Positions 57,823 through 64,000 of a stretch of DNA of 64,000 bases are shown here, piece after piece. Every line of letters begins with the position of its first letter. Position 1 is the first letter of the stretch. Origin of the DNA: an uncultured Pseudomonadales bacterium (lineage in GTDB: Bacteria; Patescibacteriota; Microgenomatia; UBA1400; PJMF01); contig CAZCXA010000001.1 in NCBI GenBank assembly GCA_964502565.1, forward strand, positions 3,806 to 67,805, read 5' to 3'. The notes beneath the pieces were generated by a model. The model was not told the DNA's origin and did not search any database. It worked only from the letters and a program-made list of their open reading frames with translations. The position numbers and the translations under genes are program-made.

Positions 57823-60156
57823 ATGTTCAGCGTGCAACAAAAAAAAACCAAACTTCTGTTGATATTTTCTCTTGTTGTTTTAACTGCCTTGGTCTTGATC
57901 TTCTCTTATCAAGTTAAAAAGGAAACCAGTTTTGAGTTCGAGGCTCAACAAACTCATCAGGGAAGAATTGTGCATAACCCACACCAGGGCATCTTTCAGT
58001 GCCATTCAATTACTGAAGCTGGGGATGAGGTGTATATTAAGGGCGGAGGAATAATAATTAAGTGGGGCGATTTTCAACCTCTTAATAACAATCAGTTAGA
58101 CCGAGAAAAAACCAACCACTTAATCAACCAGTTAAAAGCTCTTAAACAAAAAAGTAAAAAAGCCTATATACATGTCATGATTTATGAAGAGCCTGGCAGA
58201 GATGACATGATTAACTCTATTCCTCAATGGATTAATGCTCATGATGATGATCCCAGCACTGACCAAATAGAAATCATAAGAGCCTTTGTCCGCTGGAAAG
58301 GCAACACGCCCCAATACAGACTCTATCCTGCTCCCTGGGGTAAAAAATATCAGGATAAACTTAAAAAGTTTTTATCTCTACTGAATCAAGAGTTTAAGGA
58401 TGCTGGTGTTCTGGACACCGTTGAGTATTTTGAGCCCTCTGCAGGGGGTATTTGGGGAAGCACTCATTTATGGGTGCCTGATGATCAGCTTACTAGTTTT
58501 GCTAGAGCTGCTGGTTGTAGCGACACAGACTGGACCTGTTTAGGTGTGGCATTTAACAGGGGTGTGAATGAAGTAATTCAAACATATTTATCAGCATTTC
58601 CTACAAAATCAGTCATGATGATTGGTGGCACTGGTGCTCACCGGGAGGCAAATTATACCTCTCTTAATCAATTAATTGATCGCTATGGAATGAGAGTGAT
58701 GTATAAATCTGCTGGGTTAGGTGCAAGTTATGAGAATTCCTGTGGACTTAGGTCAGAGATAACTGATCCCATATGTAAAGGGTCTTTGGCTAAGACCAAA
58801 TGTGGTCAAGAACCGTGGCTAAGTACAGCTAGTGGAGCTTTTAATCCAGGAGATGTTTGTGGAAAAAACTATTTTCAAACTTATGAGGCTTCATTAGCGC
58901 AAGAATCAATCAGTTATTACTGCCTTTATTCTTATGACATCCCCAATCAAACTGAAACAAATGAGTACCTGGCGAGAAAATTTGCTTCCCAAATTAGGTT
59001 AGCCGAACATGAAATAATAAGCCTAGAAAATAAAAACCTGCGTTTAAAATTAACATGGAACAATGAGGGTAGTATTCCCTTAACTGCACCGTTAAAAATT
59101 GGAGAGAAGTGGCAAACTTCATCTTATAAACTTTTTCTCGAACTAGAAAAAAACAATACAGTTGCTCACTATCAGGAAATTGAGATTCAACCTCCAACCA
59201 ACACCTGGGTTCCTATAAATCATTTTTTTACTACGACTCAAGATGCAGTTTTCAATCTTAATGCAAACTTAACTGGAGCCTATGATATCTATGTTGGTTT
59301 AACTGATCCTAATGGTGAAAAAGAGAGGTTTGCTCTTATTAACCCTGAAAGCGACAATGATATTGTCCAGAGAAGATACTTAATTGAAAAAAATGTTGAT
59401 GTTAACAGCACCTATACCCCTAAAGCTACTCCTACTCCTACTTCTACTTCAGGTGCGTCGCCCAGGCCCACTTCTGGAGCTACACCTTCAAGTAGTGGAG
59501 AGATTAAATTAAATCTCATTATTTCTTTAGATGGAGTGCCTTATGTTGAGGGTTTAAACCGTTTCCATCCGCTTGATGTTAATAAAGAGGTTGAGATTGC
59601 AGTTTTTTTGATCAATGTCAAAAATTTACCGGTTCATAGACAAGCAACCTTTGTTTACCAACCAGATTCTGAAGTTTATCAAACCAAACAAGACCTTGTT
59701 TATCAGGATCTTCCCTCTGGTCCCTATATGATCATGCTGAAAGGTCCCAAACATTTAGACATGCGGTTCTGCTTTACCGATGATAAGGCTGATGGCAACT
59801 GTACTGTTAAGGAGTTAATCAGGGCCTCGGTTGGTGCAAGTGGTTATAAGTCTTATGCTCAAGCGAAACAAGATAAATTTATCTGGCTCGCAACAGGTCG
59901 TAGTCATAACTTAAACCTGTCAAAGGTCCCCTTATTAGCTGGTGACCTACCTATTTCAGGACAGGATAAAAATACACAAGATGGTGCGGTTAACATTTAT
60001 GATTACTCATTTATTCTGTCTTGTCTTAATAACCGTCGTGATTATGCCTGTATTCAAAGAGCTGATATTAATTTCACAGGACAGGTTGACAATATAGACT
60101 TAAGACTAATGAGGAGAGGCTTTACCGAGTCTTTGATGACAAAAGCATATCAATAG
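57823..60156 (+). CDS. Large Cys-rich secreted protein: N-terminal TM/signal anchor, putative (beta/alpha)8 hydrolase-like domain, beta-rich middle domains, Pro/Thr linker, C-terminal dockerin-like double Ca-loop module
   Basis: C-terminus has two ~22-aa segments DKNTQDGAVNIYDYSFILSCL and ADINFTGQVDNIDLRLMRRGF fitting D-x-N-x-D-G-x-V-N-x-x-D + hydrophobic helix of dockerins; linker TPKATPTPTSTSGASPRPTSGATPSSSG. Confidence 0.5.
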   Translation: MFSVQQKKTKLLLIFSLVVLTALVLIFSYQVKKETSFEFEAQQTHQGRIVHNPHQGIFQCHSITEAGDEVYIKGGGIIIKWGDFQPLNNNQLDREKTNHLINQLKALKQKSKKAYIHVMIYEEPGRDDMINSIPQWINAHDDDPSTDQIEIIRAFVRWKGNTPQYRLYPAPWGKKYQDKLKKFLSLLNQEFKDAGVLDTVEYFEPSAGGIWGSTHLWVPDDQLTSFARAAGCSDTDWTCLGVAFNRGVNEVIQTYLSAFPTKSVMMIGGTGAHREANYTSLNQLIDRYGMRVMYKSAGLGASYENSCGLRSEITDPICKGSLAKTKCGQEPWLSTASGAFNPGDVCGKNYFQTYEASLAQESISYYCLYSYDIPNQTETNEYLARKFASQIRLAEHEIISLENKNLRLKLTWNNEGSIPLTAPLKIGEKWQTSSYKLFLELEKNNTVAHYQEIEIQPPTNTWVPINHFFTTTQDAVFNLNANLTGAYDIYVGLTDPNGEKERFALINPESDNDIVQRRYLIEKNVDVNSTYTPKATPTPTSTSGASPRPTSGATPSSSGEIKLNLIISLDGVPYVEGLNRFHPLDVNKEVEIAVFLINVKNLPVHRQATFVYQPDSEVYQTKQDLVYQDLPSGPYMIMLKGPKHLDMRFCFTDDKADGNCTVKELIRASVGASGYKSYAQAKQDKFIWLATGRSHNLNLSKVPLLAGDLPISGQDKNTQDGAVNIYDYSFILSCLNNRRDYACIQRADINFTGQVDNIDLRLMRRGFTESLMTKAYQ

Positions 60157-60245
60157 TCTGTTATAGGGTCACACAAAACTTTTTTCTTGTGCAAAAAAAT
60201 TTTTGTTTTTAAATAAACAATTATAAATCTAATATTAAAAACACT

Positions 60246-61052
60246 GTGCATAAACAAAACATTACTCAATCTAATCAAGTTTCCAATGAGAGGTATGTGA
60301 AACAAAAAAAAAGTTTATTTAAGAAAATTTTTTGTCAAAAGGAAAACAATGACAATAAATTAACAGGAAGTGTTTTTAATAAACAAAAATATTTCTTTAT
60401 TTTAACCGGTTTACTTGTAGTGTTGGTGTGTCTAAGTTTTTTTCTAATTATCAAGTATAAAGTTGTTGATCTTAACCAGCTAACAAATCGTTCCTTGGTT
60501 ATGGATCAGGCAACTGATGAAGAACTTCTATCTGAAGAGGAGTTGATATCTCGTTTAAAGATTGAGGAAAGTATGCGCAACATCACTTCAGTTCACACAG
60601 ATTTAAATGAAATTAGTGAATCAATTCAGCCAAATATTGAACAAACCGCAAAGTTAAGTATTACTAGCACAAAAAAAAGTTATCTTAAGGGAGAGTTAAT
60701 TCAAGCTGAGGTCTGGCTTGAAACCGATGTTGTTCCTGATGGAGTGGAGTTTGCGATAAAGTTTGATCCGCTAGTTTTAAGCCAAGTTGGGTTAATCCAC
60801 GATAGTAGTTTTGGTTCTTTTTTAGTCAATCAAGTTTCAACCGAGACTGGCACGATTAACACTGTTCTATTAAGAAACCCTGAAGAAAAGGTGGTTTTGA
60901 CTCAACCGTTGTTAATCTTGAAAATATCTGCAACAGCTAATCAGGTTGGTCAAACTTCATTAATTTTTGATCGAGAAAAAACCGGTGTCGCAGCAGCTGG
61001 CGGACAAAAAATGCTCTCAAACATAGAAGATTTAACTTTAAAAATTTTATAA
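60246..61052 (+). CDS. Membrane-anchored cohesin-domain protein
   Basis: N-terminal TM (FFILTGLLVVLVCLSFFLII); C-terminal 140 aa AEVWLETDVVPDGVEFAIKFDPLVLSQVGLI...TANQVGQTSLIFD matches cohesin beta-sandwich pattern (…VGAFDFTLSYDPSVLEVV…). Confidence 0.5.
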   Translation: MHKQNITQSNQVSNERYVKQKKSLFKKIFCQKENNDNKLTGSVFNKQKYFFILTGLLVVLVCLSFFLIIKYKVVDLNQLTNRSLVMDQATDEELLSEEELISRLKIEESMRNITSVHTDLNEISESIQPNIEQTAKLSITSTKKSYLKGELIQAEVWLETDVVPDGVEFAIKFDPLVLSQVGLIHDSSFGSFLVNQVSTETGTINTVLLRNPEEKVVLTQPLLILKISATANQVGQTSLIFDREKTGVAAAGGQKMLSNIEDLTLKIL

Positions 61053-61122
61053 CCCTTAACTTCAGATTAATATTCTTTAATAAAGATTTCGCAAACTTAT
61101 TCAGGTTTGTTTGATAAAAAAA

Positions 61123-61149
61123 CAGGAGAGTGTAGGCTCTCCTGTTTTT
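61123..61149. terminator. Bidirectional rho-independent terminator between cohesin gene (+) and groEL (-)
   Basis: aaaaaaaCAGGAGAG-uguaggc-UCUCCUGuuuuu: 8-bp stem, A-run upstream and T-run downstream. Confidence 0.75.
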
Positions 61150-61170
61150 ATATTACTTAAAAATTTCTTT

Positions 61171-62811
<1,641 letters not shown>

Positions 62812-62843
62812 TTATATTAATAAGTGATTAGTGATTTAAATGT

Positions 62844-63152
62844 TTATTGTGCAACAACCGCTAAAATATCATCAAACTTTAAAAACTGATATTCTAGATC
62901 ATCAATCTTAAAGTCATTACCACCCCATTTTTTATAAATAACCACATCACCCTTTTTAACTGGACATTTCAGCTCTTTTGCTCCATTTTCCCAAATAGAA
63001 CCACCACAGGCTAAAACCTTACCTTGCTGAGGTTTTTCATCTTCGGATTCAGGGAGATAAATTCCGGATCTTGTTTTTGTTTCGAGTTGTTCCGGTTCTA
63101 CAAGTACATAACCATTATTTGGTTTGAGTTGAGAAGGTTTAATAGCTTTCAT
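62844..63152 (-). CDS. groES: Co-chaperonin GroES
   Basis: 102 aa, mobile loop and GroES fold; AAAGGUG SD. Confidence 0.93.
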   Translation of the reverse strand: MKAIKPSQLKPNNGYVLVEPEQLETKTRSGIYLPESEDEKPQQGKVLACGGSIWENGAKELKCPVKKGDVVIYKKWGGNDFKIDDLEYQFLKFDDILAVVAQ

Positions 63153-63225
63153 TCAAGCACCTTTCTTGTATAGATAATAATTTTTAAAGACGATGTAAAA
63201 ATTGGTTCTAAGAAAATTGAAGTTA

Positions 63226-63252
63226 CTAGCAGTTATATTATAAGACTGCTAA
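63226..63252 (-). promoter_or_regulatory. Degenerate CIRCE operator ~74 nt upstream of groES
   Basis: Minus strand TTAGCAGTC-N9-AACTGCTAG vs TTAGCACTC-N9-GAGTGCTAA; same TAGCA-N15-TGCTA core and same distance to start codon as the hrcA site. Confidence 0.5.
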
Positions 63253-63288
63253 AAAAATGTCAAGACTGCAAAAAATGAAAAATTTTAT

Positions 63289-63654
63289 TTAATTAAGCTG
63301 ATCCTCTCGGTCATCCACTGCTTGCTGAATAACACCGATTGTCCTCTTAATATCACTTAATAATTTCATTGACATATCCATTGTTTCTCCATCGAGTCGT
63401 ACACCGTCCAACACTAATAAAGAGTCGTCTAACAGCTCATCCAACAGATCATTCACAAACTCCTGATTCTGCATCATTTTCAAAGATTCCTTATTTTGAG
63501 CACGAACCATGATCTTGTCTAAAGCAGAACTAATCTGTTTAACGCGTCGCGATTGAACAAATAAATCAAACTTGGTTTCGAGATTTTCCTCAGTATCACT
63601 TAACTCATCAGTGTTAAAACAAAGGGTGAGCTTTTGATTGTGTCTTATTTTCAT
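63289..63654 (-). CDS. Hypothetical acidic 121-aa protein
   Basis: ORF only; no recognised motifs. Confidence 0.35.
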   Translation of the reverse strand: MKIRHNQKLTLCFNTDELSDTEENLETKFDLFVQSRRVKQISSALDKIMVRAQNKESLKMMQNQEFVNDLLDELLDDSLLVLDGVRLDGETMDMSMKLLSDIKRTIGVIQQAVDDREDQLN

Positions 63655-63728
63655 AAGTATCTAGATTATAAAGCAAAAAGTTAAAAATCAAAGTAAAAAT
63701 CAAGGATGTTGACCAAAAGTCAAAAATG

Positions 63729-64000
63729 TTAAATGCGCCAACTTGGCTTTCGATCAAGATCTTTGAGTTGTGCTTGTAGATAATTTTTCCGGGTATAACT
63801 CATTTTATAGCCTGCGGTTAAGGCAATCATGGCAGCGTTATCGCCACATAATCTTTTTTCAAAGGGTGTTTGCAACTCAATATTATAAGGCCTCAAGATA
63901 CGGCGTATAGTTTGGCGTAAATTAATGTTAGACGCGACTCCACCGCCTAACCAAACTTGAGAAAAAAACTGTTTATCTTTTTGTTGCTCGTTTTTTCGTA
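63729..64000 (-). CDS. tsaD: tRNA N6-adenosine threonylcarbamoyltransferase TsaD (C-terminal fragment; gene continues past window end)
   Basis: Hand translation: ...LGGGVASNINLRQ...FEKRLCGDNAAMIALTAGYK...* matching TsaD/Kae1 C-terminus (GGVAAN, LCTDNAAMIA). Confidence 0.85.
   Translation of the reverse strand, partial: RKNEQQKDKQFFSQVWLGGGVASNINLRQTIRRILRPYNIELQTPFEKRLCGDNAAMIALTAGYKMSYTRKNYLQAQLKDLDRKPSWRI

Overview
This window looks like a low-GC, gene-dense, mostly minus-strand region of a small bacterial genome that uses the standard genetic code (rpoB and other long ORFs read through with no in-frame TGA). It combines core information-processing genes (rpoB, rpoC, alaS, trpS, nusA-infB-rpsO-pnp, hrcA-grpE-dnaK, dnaJ, groES-groEL, ftsH, ftsK, rnj, tsaD) with cell-envelope and surface genes: a sortase, two cohesin-like proteins, a dockerin-like protein, a clan GH-A hydrolase, GT2, GT4 and YfhO. 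Several proteins are truncated relative to textbook bacteria: AlaRS lacks the C-Ala domain, IF-2 lacks the long N-terminus, and DnaJ lacks the zinc finger. Together with a LOG/RpiB/Rpe/PfkB/Nudix/YjjX nucleotide-pentose cluster and the sortase plus cohesin/dockerin surface proteins, this fits a reduced-genome, Candidate Phyla Radiation (Patescibacteria)-like organism. That attribution is inference only. RNA genes found by eye: tRNA-Val(CAC), tRNA-Met(CAT), an initiator-type tRNA(CAT) with an unusually compact D/anticodon region, and a roughly 396-nt tmRNA (ssrA) that the ORF track cannot show. The main items for follow-up are: (i) a LonA-type AAA+ module encoded without any protease domain, next to an unknown 611-aa membrane protein; (ii) cohesin/dockerin-type surface modules with a membrane-anchored glycoside hydrolase and a sortase; (iii) an FtsA/PilM-like actin-fold, TM, large ectodomain fusion protein plus sortase inserted into the conserved alaS-ruvX-mltG cluster; (iv) degenerate CIRCE operators and a heat-shock operon interrupted by glycosyltransferase genes; (v) several tandem and dispersed repeat families in promoter regions. 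I found no CRISPR array, transposase or obvious toxin-antitoxin or restriction system.
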